In this document: piece by piece, positions 14,232 to 28,485 of the stretch
How the letters are laid out: the number at the start of each line of letters is the position of its first letter
Numbering within the stretch: the first letter of the stretch is position 1
Assembly (NCBI RefSeq): GCF_009914755.1
Contig: NC_060948.1
From: the human T2T-CHM13v2.0 reference genome, Homo sapiens
Length of the DNA: 64,000 bases
Direction: 5' to 3' (one strand)
Translations under genes and position numbers: made by a program
The notes under the pieces: model-generated
Databases searched by the model: none
The model's input: the letters and a program-made list of their open reading frames with translations, nothing else
What the model was told of the DNA's origin: nothing

Positions 14232-17200
14232 TCCAATGGAATAGAATCTAATGCAATAAAACCGACTCAGATAGAGTAGAATGTAATGGAATGGAGTGCA
14301 GTGCAATGGAATGGAATGGAATGGAATGCAATGGAATGGAATGGAATGGAATGGAATGGAATGGAATGGAATGGAAAGGGATGGAATGGGATGGAATGGA
14401 TAGTAATGGACTGGAGTGAAATGGACTGGAAAGGAATGGACTCAAATTGAAAGGGCTCGAAAGGAATGGAGTCAAATGGAATGGTCTGGAATGGAATGAA
14501 CACGAATGTAATGCAACCCAATAGAATGGAATCGAATGGCATGGAATATAAAGAAATGGAATCGAAGAGAATGGAAACAAATGGAATGGAATTGAATGGA
14601 ATGCAATTGAATGGAATGGGAACGAATGGAGTGAAATTGTATGCAGTAGAAGGGAATAGAATGGAATGCAAGCGAAAGGAAAGGAATGGATTGGAATGGA
14701 ATGGAATTCATTGGAATGGAAGGGAATGTAGTGTAATGGACAGGCCTGGAATAAAGTGGAATGCTACGGTCTCGAATGGAATAAAAATGTATGGAATGGA
14801 ATGCAATGAAACGGAATCGAATGTCATAGAAAGTAATGGAATGCAAAAAAATGGAATCCAAAATCATTGACTGGAAAGGCTGGGTGTCGAAAGGAATTGA
14901 CTCCAATGGAATGGAATCGAATGGAATGGAAGTGATAGAATCGAACTAAATCGAATGGAATGGAATTGATAGGAACGGAATGGAAAGGAATGCAATGATT
15001 TGGCATGGAATGGAATCGAATGGCATCGAATGGAATGGAATGGAATGCAATGGAATGGAATGTATTAGAATGTAATGAACTTTAATGGAATGTACTCGAA
15101 TGGATTCGACTGGAATGGAATGTTCTGGAAGTGAATGGGCTCCAATGGAATGGATTCAAAAGGAATGGAATCGTACGGAATGGAATCTAATGGAATGGAT
15201 TTAAATGGAAATGAATCAAATTGAATAGCACGGAATTGAATTGAATGGAATTGAATGCAATGGAATCTAATGAAACGGAAAGGAATGGAATGGAATGGAA
15301 TGGAATGGAATGGGCTGGAATGGAAAGGAATCGAAACGAATGGAATGGAATCGAACTGAAGAGACTGGAATGGAATGCACTGGAATGGAAGGGAGTGTAA
15401 TGGAAGGTTCTCGAAAGAAATGGAATCGAATGGAATGGAATTGAATGGAACGGAATAGAGTCGAATTGAATTGAATGGAATGGAATGGACTAGAGTGAAA
15501 TGGAATCGAACCACAAGGAATGGACAGGAATAGAATGGTCTCGAATTGAATGGAATCATATGGAATGGCATCAAACGGAATGGAATGGACAGCCACGGAA
15601 TGGAATGCACTCGAATGCAATGGAGTCGAAACTAATGGACTGGAATAGAATGGACTCGACTGGTACGGACTCCAATGGAATGGAATCGAATGGAAGGGAA
15701 TCGAACGGAATGGACTCGAAGGGAAAAGACTGCAATGGAAAGGTCTCGAATGGAATGGAAATTAATGGAATGGAATGGAATCGAATGAAATGGAGTCAAA
15801 AGGAATGGAATTGAATGGCAAGAAATCGAATGTAATGGAATCGCAAGGAATTGATGTGAACGGAACGGAATGGAATGGAATCCAAAGGAATGGAATAGAA
15901 TGGAATGGAATCGAATGGAAAGGACTCGAATGGAAATCACTCGAATAGAATGCAATTTAATAAAATAGGATCAAATGTAATGGAATGGAATGGAAAGGAA
16001 TCGAAACGAAAGGAATGGAGACAGATGGAATGGAATGGAACAGAGAGCAATGGTATAGAATGGAATGGAATCATCTGGAATGGAATTGAATGGAATGGAA
16101 TAATATGAAATGGAATGGAATGGAATGGAATGGAATGCCCTTGAATTAAATGGACTGGAATGGAATGGACTCGAACAGAGTGGAATGGAAAGTGTTGAGA
16201 TAGAATGGAATGGACTCCTTTGGAATGGTGTAGTATGCAATGCAATCGACTGGCAGGGAATCAAAAGGAATGTAATCGAATGGATTGGACTGGAATGCAA
16301 TGGACTCGAATAGATTGGAAACGGGATGCAAAGGAATGGAATGGAATAGTATGGAATGGAATGGAAAGGAATGGAGTGGAATAGACTAGAGTGGAATGGA
16401 ATGGACTGGAAAGCAATGGACTGGAATGGAACTTTCTTGAATGGACTGGAATCAAACGGAATGGAATGCAATGCAATCAAATGGCATGGAATAAAATAGA
16501 ATGAAAGAGAATCAAATGGAATTGAATCGAATGGAATCGAATGGATTGGAAAGGAATAGAATGGAATGGAATGGAATTGACTCAAATGGAATGGACTAGA
16601 ATGGAATGGATTCGAACGGAAGGCAAAGGAATGGAATCTATTGGAATGGACTGTAATGGAATGGAATGGAAGGGATTGGAATGGACTCGAATGGAATGGA
16701 CTGCAATAGAAAGGATTCGAATGGAATGAAAAAGAATTGAATGGAATAGAACAGAATGGAATCAAATCGAATGAAATGGAATGGAATAGAAAGGAATGGA
16801 ATGAAATGGAATGGAAAGGATTCGAATGGAATGCAATCGAATGGAATGGAATCGAACGGAATGGAATAAAATGGAAGAAAACTGGCAAGAAATGGAATCG
16901 AAATGAATGGAGTGTTATGGAACGGACTCAAAAGGAATTGAATGTAATAGAATGGAGTGGAGTGGACTCGAATATAATGGACTGGAATGGAATGAAATCA
17001 CATGGAATGGGAACTAATGGAATGGAATGGAAAGGAATGGAATCGAATGGAAAGGAATCGAATGGAAGGGAATGAAATTGAATCAACAGGAATGGAAGGG
17101 AATAGAATAGACGGTAATGGAATGGACTCGAATAGAATGGACACGAATGCTCAAATTGAATGGACTCGAATGGAATGGAAAAGAAAGGAATGTCATCGAA

Positions 17201-17804
17201 TGGAATTGAATCGATTGGAATGAAATCACTTAGAATCGAGTGGAATCAAATGGAATTGAATCGAAAGGAAAGGAAGCGAATGGACTGAAATGAAATGGAA
17301 TGGAATTGAATGGAAAGTAATGCAATGGAATAGAATGGAACGAAATTTCACGGAATGGAATCAAACTGAATGGAATCAAATCAATGGAATCTAATCAAAT
17401 GGAATGGAAAGGAATTGAATGGAGTAGATTGGATTGGATGGGATTGGAATGAAATGTACTGGAAAGGACTCGAATTTCATGAAACGGAATGGAATGAATT
17501 GGAACGGAAGGGACTCGAATGGAATGGAATGTCATGGAATGGCATCAAATGGAATGGCATCAAATGGAATGGAATCGAATGCAATGGAATGTTATGGAAT
17601 GGAATGGAATGCATTGGAATGGAATGTCCTCTAATGGAATGGATTCGAGTGGAATGGAATCGAATATAATGGAGTCGAATGAAATGGAATTGAAAGGAAT
17701 GGGATCGAATACAATGGAATATACTGGAATGTAATGTAATGAACTCGAATGTAATTGACTGGAATGGAATGTACATGAATGGAATGTAATCGAATGGAAA
17801 GTAA
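14232..17804 (+). repeat. DYZ1 unit 5 (3,573 bp)
   Basis: +5 in the variable tract, +5 near 15,290, 1-bp deletion near 14,935. Confidence 0.9.
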
Positions 17805-20800
17805 TCCAATGGAATAGAATCTAATGCAATAAAACTGACTCAGATAGAGTAGAATGTAATGGAATGGAGTGCAGTGCAATGGTATGGAATGGAATTGAAT
17901 GCAATGGAATGGAATGGAATGGAATGGAATGGAATGGAATGGAATGGAATGGGATGGAATGGTATGGAATGGATAGTAATGGACTGGAGTGAAATGGACT
18001 GGAAAGGAATGGACTCAAATTGAAAGGGCTCGAAAGGAATGGAGTCAAACGGAATGGTCTGGAATGGAATGAACACGAATGTAATGCAACCCAATAGAAT
18101 GGAATCGAATGGCATGGAATATAAAGAAATGGAATCGAAGAGAATGGAAACAAATGGAATGGAATTGAATGGAATGGAATTTAATGGAATGGGAACGAAT
18201 GGAGTGAAATTGTATGCAGTAGAAGAGAATAGAATGGAATGCAAGCGAAAGGAAAGGAATGGATTGGAATGGAATGGAATTCATTGGAATGGAAGGGAAT
18301 GTAGTGTAATGGACAGGCCTGGAATAAAGTGGAATGCTACGGTCTCGAATGGAATAAAAATGTATGGAATGGAATGCAATGAAACGGAATCGAATGTCAT
18401 AGAATGTAATGGAATGCAAAAAAATGGAATCCAAAATCATTGACTGGAAAGGCTGGGTGTCGAAAGGAATTGACTCCAATGGAATGGAATCGAATGGAAT
18501 GGAAGTGAATAGAATCGAACTAAATCGAATGGAATGGAATTGATAGGAACGGAATGGAAAGGAATGCAATGATTTGGCATGGAATGGAATCGAATGGCAT
18601 CGAATGGAATGGAATGGAATGCAATGGAATGGAATGTATTAGAATGTAATGAACTTTAATGGAATGTACTCGAATGGATTCGACTGGAATGGAATGTTCT
18701 GGAAGTGAATGGACTCCAATGGAATGGATTCCAAAGGAATGGAATCGTACGGAATGGAATCTAATGGAATGGAATTAAATGGAAATGAATCAAATTGAAT
18801 AGCACGGAATTGAATTGAATGGAATGGAATGCAATGGAATCTAATGAAACGGAAAGGAAAGGAATGGAATGGAATGGAATGGGCTGGAATGGAAAGGAAT
18901 CGAAACGAATGGAATGGAATCGAACTGAAGAGACTGGAATGGAATGCACTGGAATGGAAGGGAGTGTAATGGAAGGTTCTCGAAAAAAATGGAATCGAAT
19001 GGAATGGAATTGAATGGAACGGAATAGAGTCGAATGGAATTGAATGGAATGGAATGGACTAGAGTGAAATGGAATCGAACCACAAGGAATGGACAGGAAT
19101 AGAATGGTCTCAAATTGAATGGGATCGTATGGAATGGCATCAAACGGAATGGAATGGACAGCCACGGAATGGAATGCACTCGAATGCAATGGAGTCGAAA
19201 CTAATGGACTGGAATAGAATGCACTCGACTGGTACGGACTCCAATGGAATGGAATCGAATGGAAGGGAATCGAACGGAATGGACTCGAAGGGAAAAGACT
19301 GCAATGGAAAGGTCTCGAATGGAATGGAAATTAATGGAATGGAATGGAATCGAATGAAATGGAGTCAAAAGGAATGGAATCGAATGGCAAGAAATCGAAT
19401 GTAATGGAATCGCAAGGAATTGATGTGAACGGAACGGAATGGAATGGAATCCAAAGCAATGGAATAGAATGGAATGGAATCGAATGGAAAGGACTCGAAT
19501 GGAAATCACTCGAATAGAATGCAATTTAATAAAATAGGATCAAATGTAATGGAATGGAATGGAAAGGAATCGAAACGAAAGGAATGGAGACAGATGGAAT
19601 GGAATGGAACAGAGAGCAATGGTATAGAATGGAATGGAATCATCTGGAATGGAATTGAATGGAATGGAATAATATGAAATGGAATGGAATGGAATGGAAT
19701 GGAATGCCCTTGAATTAAATGGACTGGACTCGAACAGAGTGGAATGGAAAGTGTTGAGATAGAATGGAATGGACTCCTTTGGAATGGTGTAGTATGCAAT
19801 GCAATCGACTGGCAGGGAATCAAAAGGAATGTAATGGAATGGACTGGACTGGAATGCAATGGACTCGAATAGATTGGAAACGGAATGCAAAGGAATGGAA
19901 TGGAATAGTATGGAATGGAATGGAAAGGAATGGAGTGGAATAGACTAGAGTGGAATGGAATGGACTGGAAAGCAATGGACTGGAATGGAACTTTCTTGAA
20001 TGGACTGGAATCAAACGGAATGGAATGCAATGCAATCAAATGGCATGGAATAAAATAGAATGAAGAAAATGAAATGGAATTGAATCGAATGGAATCGAAT
20101 GGATTGGAAAGGAATAGAATGGAATGGAATGGAATTGACTCAAATGGAATGGACTAGAATGGAATGGATTCGAATGGAAGGCAAAGGAATGGAATCTATT
20201 GGAATGGACTGTAATGGAATGGAATGGAAGGGATTGGAATGGACTCGAATGGAATGGACTGCAATAGAAAGGATTCGAATGGAATGAAAAAGAATTGAAT
20301 GGAATAGAACAGAATGGAATCAAATCGAATGAAATGGAATGGAATAGAAAGGAATGGAATGAAATGGAATGGAAAGGATTCGAATGGAATGCAATCGAAT
20401 GGAATGGAATCGAACGGAATGGAATAAAATGGAAGAAAACTGGCAAGAAATGGAATCGAAATGAATGGAGTGTTATGGAACGGACTCAAAAGGAATTGAA
20501 TGTAATAGAATGGAGTGGAGTGGACTCGAATATAATGGACTGGAATGGAATGAAATCACATGGAATGGGAACGAATGGAATGGAATGGAAAGGAATGGAA
20601 TCGAATGGAAAGGAATCGAATGGAAGGGAATGAAATTGAATCAACAGGAATGGAAGGGAATAGAATAGACGGTAATGGAATGGACTCGAATAGAATGGAC
20701 ACGAATGCTCAAATTGAATGGACTCGAATGGAATGGAAACGAAAGGAATGTCATCGAATGGAATTGAATCGATTGGAATGAAATCGCACAGAATGGAGTG

Positions 20801-21362
20801 GAATCAAATGGAATTGAATCGAAAGGAAAGGAAGCAAATGGACTGAAATGAAATGGAATGGAATTGAATGGAAAGTTATGTAATGGAATACAATGGAACG
20901 AAATTTCACGGAATGGAATCAAACTGAATGGAATCAAATCAATGGAATCAAATCAAATGGAATGGAAAGGAATTGAATGGAGTAGATTGGATGGGATGGG
21001 ATTGGAATGAAATGTACTGGAAAGGACTCGAATTTCATGAAACGGAATGGAATGAATTGGAACGGAATGGACTCGAATGGAATGGAATGTCAGGGAATGG
21101 CATCAAATGGAATGGCATCAAATGGAATGGAATCGAATGCAATGGAATGCTATGGAATGGAATGGAATGCATTGGAATGGAATGTCCTCTAATGGAATGG
21201 ATTCGAGTGGAATGGAATCGAATATAATGGAGTCGAATGAAATGGAATTGAAAGGAATAGGATCGAATACAATGGAATATACTGGAATGTAATTTAATGA
21301 ACTCGAATGTAATTGACTGGAATGGAATGTACATGAATGGAATGTAATCGAATGGAAAGTAA
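17805..21362 (+). repeat. DYZ1 unit 6 (3,558 bp)
   Basis: +5 in the variable tract, 10-bp deletion near 19,725, 1-bp deletion near 20,065. Confidence 0.9.
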
Positions 21363-24300
21363 TCGAATGGAATAGAATCTAATGCAATAAAATCGACTCA
21401 GATAGAGTAGAATGTAATGGAATGGAGTGCAGTGCAATGGAATGGAATGGAATGGAATGCAATGGAATGGAATGGAATGGAATGGAATGGAATGGAATGG
21501 AATGGAATGGTGTGGAATGGATAGTAATGGACAGGAGTGAAATGGACTGGAAAGGAATGGACTCAAATTGAAAGGGCTCGAAAGGAATGGAATCAAATGG
21601 AATGGTCTGGAATGGAATGAACACGAATGTAATGCAATCCAATAGAATGGAATCGAATGGCATGGAATATAAAGAAATGGAATCGAAGAGAATGGAAACA
21701 AATGGAATGGAATTGAGTGGAATGGAATTGAATGGAATGGGAACGAATGGAGTGAAATTGTATGCAGTAGAAGAGAATAGAATGGAATGCAAGCGACAGG
21801 AAAGGAATGGATTGGAATGGAATGCAATTCATTGGAATGGAAGGGAATGTAGTGTAATGGACAGGCCTGGAATAAAGTGGAATGCTACGGTCTCGAATGG
21901 AATAAAAATGTATGGAATGGAATGCAATGAAACGGAATCGAATGTCATAGAATATAATGGAATGCAAAAAAATGGAATCCAAAATCATTGACTGGAAAGG
22001 CTGGGTGTCGAAAGGAATTGACTCCAATGGAATGGAATCGAATGGAATGGAAGTGAATAGAATCGAACTAAATCGAATGGAATGGAATTGATAGGAACGG
22101 AATGGAAAGGAATGCAATGATTTGGCACGGAATGGAATCGAATGGCATCGAATGGAATGGAATGGAATGCAATGGAATGGAACGTATTAGAATGTAATGA
22201 ACTTTAATGGAATATACTCGAATGGATTCGACTGGAATGGAATGTTCTGGAAGTGAATGGACTCCAATGGAATGGATTCAAAAGGAATGGAATCGTACGG
22301 AATGGAATCTAATGGAATGGAATTAAATGGAAATGAATCAAATTGAATAGCATGGAATTGAATTGAATGGAATCGAATGCAATGGAATCTAATGAAACGG
22401 AAAGGAAAGGAATGGAATGGAATGGAATGGGCTGGAATGGAAAGGAATCGAAACGAATGGAATGGAATCGAACTGAAGAGACTGGAATGGAATGCACTGG
22501 AATGGAAGGGAGTGTAATGGAAGGTTCTCGAAAAAAATTTAATCGAATGGAATGGAATTGAATGGAACGGAATAGAGTCGAATGGAATTGAATGGAATGG
22601 AATGGACTAGAGTGAAATGGAATCGAACCACAAGGAATGGACAGGAATAGAATGGTCTCGAATTGAATGGAATCGTATGGAATGGCATCAAACGGAATGG
22701 AATGGACAGCCACGGAATGGAATGCACTCGAATGCAATGGAGTCGAAACTAATGGACTGGAATAGAATGGACTCGACTGGTACGGACTCCAATGGAATGG
22801 AATCGAATGGAAGGGAATCGAACGGAATGGACTCGAAGGGAAAAGACTGCAATGGAAAGGTCTCGAATGGAATGGAAATAAATGGAATGGAATGGAATCG
22901 AATGAAATGGAGTCAAAAGGAATGGAATCGAATGGCAAGAAATCGAATGTAATGGAATCGCAAGGAATTGATGTGAACGGAACGGAATGGAATGGAATCC
23001 AAAGGAATGGAATAGAATGGAATGGAATCGAATGGAAAGGACTCGAATGGAAATCACTCGAATAGAATGCAATTTAATAAAATAGGACCAAATGTAATGG
23101 AATGGAATGGAAAGGAATCGAAACGAAAGGAATGGAGACAGATGGAATGGAATGGAACAGAGAGCAATGGTATAGAATGGAATGGAATCATCTGGAATGG
23201 AATTGAATGGAATGGAATAATATGAAATGGAATGGAATGGAATGGAATGGAATGCCCTTGAATTAAATGGACTGGAATGGAATGGACTCGAACAGAGTGG
23301 AATGGAAAGTGTTGAGATAGAATGGAATGGACTCGTTTGGAATGGTCTAGTAGGCAATGCAATCGACTGGCAGGGAATCAAAAGGAATGTAATCGAATGG
23401 ATTGGACTGGAATGCAATGGACTCGAATAGATTGCAAACGGAATGCAAAGGAATGGAATGGAATAGTATGGAATGGAATGGAAAGGAATGGAGTGGAATA
23501 GACTAGAGTGGAATGGAATGGACTGGAAAGAAATGGACTGGAATGGAAATTTCTTGAATGGACAGGAATCAAACGGAATGGAATGCAATGCAATCAAATG
23601 GCATGAAATAAAATAGAATGAAAGAGAATCAAATGGAATTGAATCGAATGGAATCGAATGGATTGGAAAGGAATAGAATGGAATGGAATGGAATTGACTC
23701 AAATGGAATGGACTAGAATGGAATGGATTCGAATGGAAGGCAAACGAATGGAATCTATTGGAATGGACTGTAATGGAATGGAATGGAAGGGATTGGAATG
23801 GACTCGAATGGAATGGACTGCAATAGAAAGGATTCGAATGGAATGAAAAAGAATTGAATGGAATAGAACAGAATGGAATCAAATCGAATGAAATGGAATG
23901 GAATAGAAAGGAATGGAATGAAATGGAATGGAAAGGATTCGAATGGAATGCAATCGAATGGAATGGAATCGAACGGAATGGAATAAAATGGAAGGAAACT
24001 GGCAAGAAATGGAATCGAAATGAATGGAGTGTTATGGAACGGACTCAAAAGGAATTGAATGTAATAGAATGGAGTGGAGTAGACTCGAATATAATGGACT
24101 GGAATGGAATGAAATCACATGGAATGGGAACGAATGAAATGGAATGGAAAGGAATGGAATCGAATGGAAAGGAATCGAATGGAAGGGAATGAAATTGAAT
24201 CAACAGGAATGGAAGGGAATAGAATAGACGGTAATGGAATGGACTCGAATTGAATGGACACGAATGCTCAAATTGAATGGACTCGAATGGAATGGAAACG

Positions 24301-24921
24301 AAAGGAATGTCATCGAATGGAATTGAATCGATTGGAATGAAATCGCATAGAATGGAGTGGAATCAAATGGAATTGAATCGAAAGGAAAGGAAGCGAATGG
24401 ACTGAAATGAAATGGAATGGAATTGAATGGAAAGTAATGCAATGGAATAGAATGGAACGAAATTTCACGGAATGGAATCAAACTGAATGGAATCAAATCA
24501 ATGGAATCTAATCAAATGGAATGGAAAGGAATTGAATGGAGTAGATTGGATTGGATGGGATTGGAATGAAATGTACTGGAAAGGACTCGAATTTCATGAA
24601 ACGGAATGGAATGAATTGGAACGGAATGGACTCGAATGGAATGGAATGTCATGGAATGGCATCAAATGGAATGGCATCAAATGGAATGGAATCGAATGCA
24701 ATGGAATGCTATGGAATGGAATGGAATGCATTGGAATGGAATGTCCTCTAATGGAATGGATTCGAGTGGAATGGCATCAAACATAATGGAGTCGAATGAA
24801 ATGGAATTGAAAGGAATGGGATCGAATACAATGGAATATACTGGAATGTAATGTAATGAACTCGAATGTAATTGACTGGAATGGAATGTACATGAATGGA
24901 ATGTAATCGAATGGAAAGTAA
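21363..24921 (+). repeat. DYZ1 unit 7 (3,559 bp)
   Basis: Anchor spacing; EcoRI site lost (GCAATTC). Confidence 0.9.
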
Positions 24922-27900
24922 TCCAATGGAATAGAATCTAATGCAATAAAATCGACTCAAATAGAGTAGAATGTAATGGAATGGAGTGCAGTGCAATGGA
25001 ATGGAATGGAATGGAATGCAATGGAATGGAATGGAATGGAATGGAATGGAATGGAATGGAATGGGATGGAATGGTATGGAATGGATAGTAATGGACTGGA
25101 GTGAAATGGACTGGAAAGGAATGGACTCAAATTGAAAGGGCTCGAAAGGAATGGAGTCAAATGGAATGGTCTGGAATGGAATGAACACGAATGTAATGCA
25201 ATCCAATAGAATGGAATCGAATGGCATGGAATATAAAGAAATGGAATCGAAGAGAATGGAAACAAATGGAATGGAATTGAATGGAATGGAATTGAATGGA
25301 ATGGGAACGAATGGAGTGAAATTGTATGCAGTAGAAGGGAATAGAATGGAATGCAAGCGAAAGGAAAGGAATGGATTGGAATGGAATGGAATTCATTGGA
25401 ATGGAAGGGAATGTAGTGTAATGGACAGGTCTGGAATAAAGTGGAATGCTACGGTCTCGAATGGAATAAAAATGTATGGAATGGAATGCAATGAAACGGA
25501 ATCGAATGTCATAGAATATAATGGAATGCAAAAAAATGGAATCCAAAATCATTGACTGGAAAGGCTGGGTGTCGAAAGGAATTGACTCCAATGGAATGGA
25601 ATCGAATGGAATGGAAGTGAATAGAATCGAACTAAATCGAATGGAATGGAATTGATAGGAACGGAATGGAAAGGAATGCAATGATTTGGCACGGAATGGA
25701 ATCGAATGGCATCGAATGGAATGGAATGGAATGCAATGGAATGGAACGTATTAGAATGTAATGAACTTTAATGGAATATACTCGAATGGATTCGACTGGA
25801 ATGGAATGTTCTGGAAGTGAATGGACTCCAATGGAATGGATTCAAAAGGAATGGAATCGTACGGAATGGAATCTAATGGAATGGAATTAAATGGAAATGA
25901 ATCAAATTGAATAGCATGGAATTGAATTGAATGGAATCGAATGCAATGGAATCTAATGAAACGGAAAGGAAAGGAATGGAATGGAATGGAATGGGCTGGA
26001 ATGGAAAGGAATCGAAACGAATGGAATGGAATCGAACTGAAGAGACTGGAATGGAATGCACTGGAATGGAAGGGAGTGTAATGGAAGGTTCTCGAAAAAA
26101 ATTTAATCGAATGGAATGGAATTGAATGGAACGGAATAGAGTCGAATGGAATTGAATGGAATGGAATGGACTAGAGTGAAATGGAATCGAACCACAAGGA
26201 ATGGACAGGAATAGAATGGTCTCGAATTGAATGGAATCGTATGGAATGGCATCAAACGGAATGGAATGGACAGCCACGGAATGGAATGCACTCGAATGCA
26301 ATGGAGTCGAAACTAATGGACTGGAATAGAATGGACTCGACTGGTACGGACTCCAATGGAATGGAATCGAATGGAAGGGAATCGAACGGAATGGACTCGA
26401 AGGGAAAAGACTGCAATGGAAAGGTCTCGAATGGAATGGAAATAAATGGAATGGAATGGAATCGAATGAAATGGAGTCAAAAGGAATGGAATCGAATGGC
26501 AAGAAATCGAATGTAATGGAATCGCAAGGAATTGATGTGAACGGAACGGAATGGAATGGAATCCAAAGGAATGGAATAGAATGGAATGGAATCGAATGGA
26601 AAGGACTCGAATGGAAATCACTCGAATAGAATGCAATTTAATAAAATAGGACCAAATGTAATGGAATGGAATGGAAAGGAATCGAAACGAAAGGAATGGA
26701 GACAGATGGAATGGAATGGAACAGAGAGCAATGGTATAGAATGGAATGGAATCATCTGGAATGGAATTGAATGGAATGGAATAATATGAAATGGAATGGA
26801 ATGGAATGGAATGGAATGCCCTTGAATTAAATGGACTGGAATGGAATGGACTCGAACAGAGTGGAATGGAAAGTGTTGAGATAGAATGGAATGGACTCGT
26901 TTGGAATGGTCTAGTAGGCAATGCAATCGACTGGCAGGGAATCAAAAGGAATGTAATCGAATGGATTGGACTGGAATGCAATGGACTCGAATAGATTGCA
27001 AACGGAATGCAAAGGAATGGAATGGAATAGTATGGAATGGAATGGAAAGGAATGGAGTGGAATAGACTAGAGTGGAATGGAATGGACTGGAAAGAAATGG
27101 ACTGGAATGGAAATTTCTTGAATGGACAGGAATCAAACGGAATGGAATGCAATGCAATCAAATGGCATGAAATAAAATAGAATGAAAGAGAATCAAATGG
27201 AATTGAATCGAATGGAATCGAATGGATTGGAAAGGAATAGAATGGAATGGAATGGAATTGACTCAAATGGAATGGACTAGAATGGAATGGATTCGAATGG
27301 AAGGCAAACGAATGGAATCTATTGGAATGGACTGTAATGGAATGGAATGGAAGGGATTGGAATGGACTCGAATGGAATGGACTGCAATAGAAAGGATTCG
27401 AATGGAATGAAAAAGAATTGAATGGAATAGAACAGAATGGAATCAAATCGAATGAAATGGAATGGAATAGAAAGGAATGGAATGAAATGGAATGGAAAGG
27501 ATTCGAATGGAATGCAATCGAATGGAATGGAATCGAACGGAATGGAATAAAATGGAAGAAAACTGGCAAGAAATGGAATCGAAATGAATGGAGTGTTATG
27601 GAACGGACTCAAAAGGAATTGAATGTAATAGAATGGAGTGGAGTAGACTCGAATATAATGGACTGGAATGGAATGAAATCACATGGAATGGGAACGAATG
27701 GAATGGAATGGAAAGGAATGGAATCGAATGGAAAGGAATCGAATGGAAGGGAATGAAATTGAATCAACAGGAATGGAAGGGAATAGAATAGACGGTAATG
27801 GAATGGACTCGAATTGAATGGACACGAATGCTCAAATTGAATGGACTCGAATGGAATGGAAACGAAAGGAATGTCATCGAATGGAATTGAATCGATTGGA

Positions 27901-28485
27901 ATGAAATCGCATAGAATGGAGTGGAATCAAATGGAATTGAATCGAAAGGAAAGGAAGCGAATGGACTGAAATGAAATGGAATGGAATTGAATGGAAAGTA
28001 ATGCAATGGAATAGAATGGAACGAAATTTCACGGAATGGAATCAAACTGAATGGAATCAAATCAATGGAATCTAATCAAATGGAATGGAAAGGAATTGAA
28101 TGGAGTAGATTGGATTGGATGGGATTGGAATGAAATGTACTGGAAAGGACTCGAATTTCATGAAACGGAATGGAATGAATTGGAACGGAATGGACTCGAA
28201 TGGAATGGAATGTCATGGAATGGCATCAAATGGAATGGCATCAAATGGAATGGAATCGAATGCAATGGAATGCTATGGAATGGAATGGAATGCATTGGAA
28301 TGGAATGTCCTCTAATGGAATGGATTCGAGAGGAATGGCATCGAATATAATGGAGTCGAATGAAATGGAATTGAAAAGAATGGGATCGAATACAATGGAA
28401 TATACTGGAATGTAATGGAATGAACTCGAATGTAATTGACTGGAATGGAATGTACATGAATGGAATGTAATCGAATGGAAAGTAA
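24922..28485 (+). repeat. DYZ1 unit 8 (3,564 bp)
   Basis: Anchor spacing; HaeIII site lost (AGGTCT). Confidence 0.9.
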
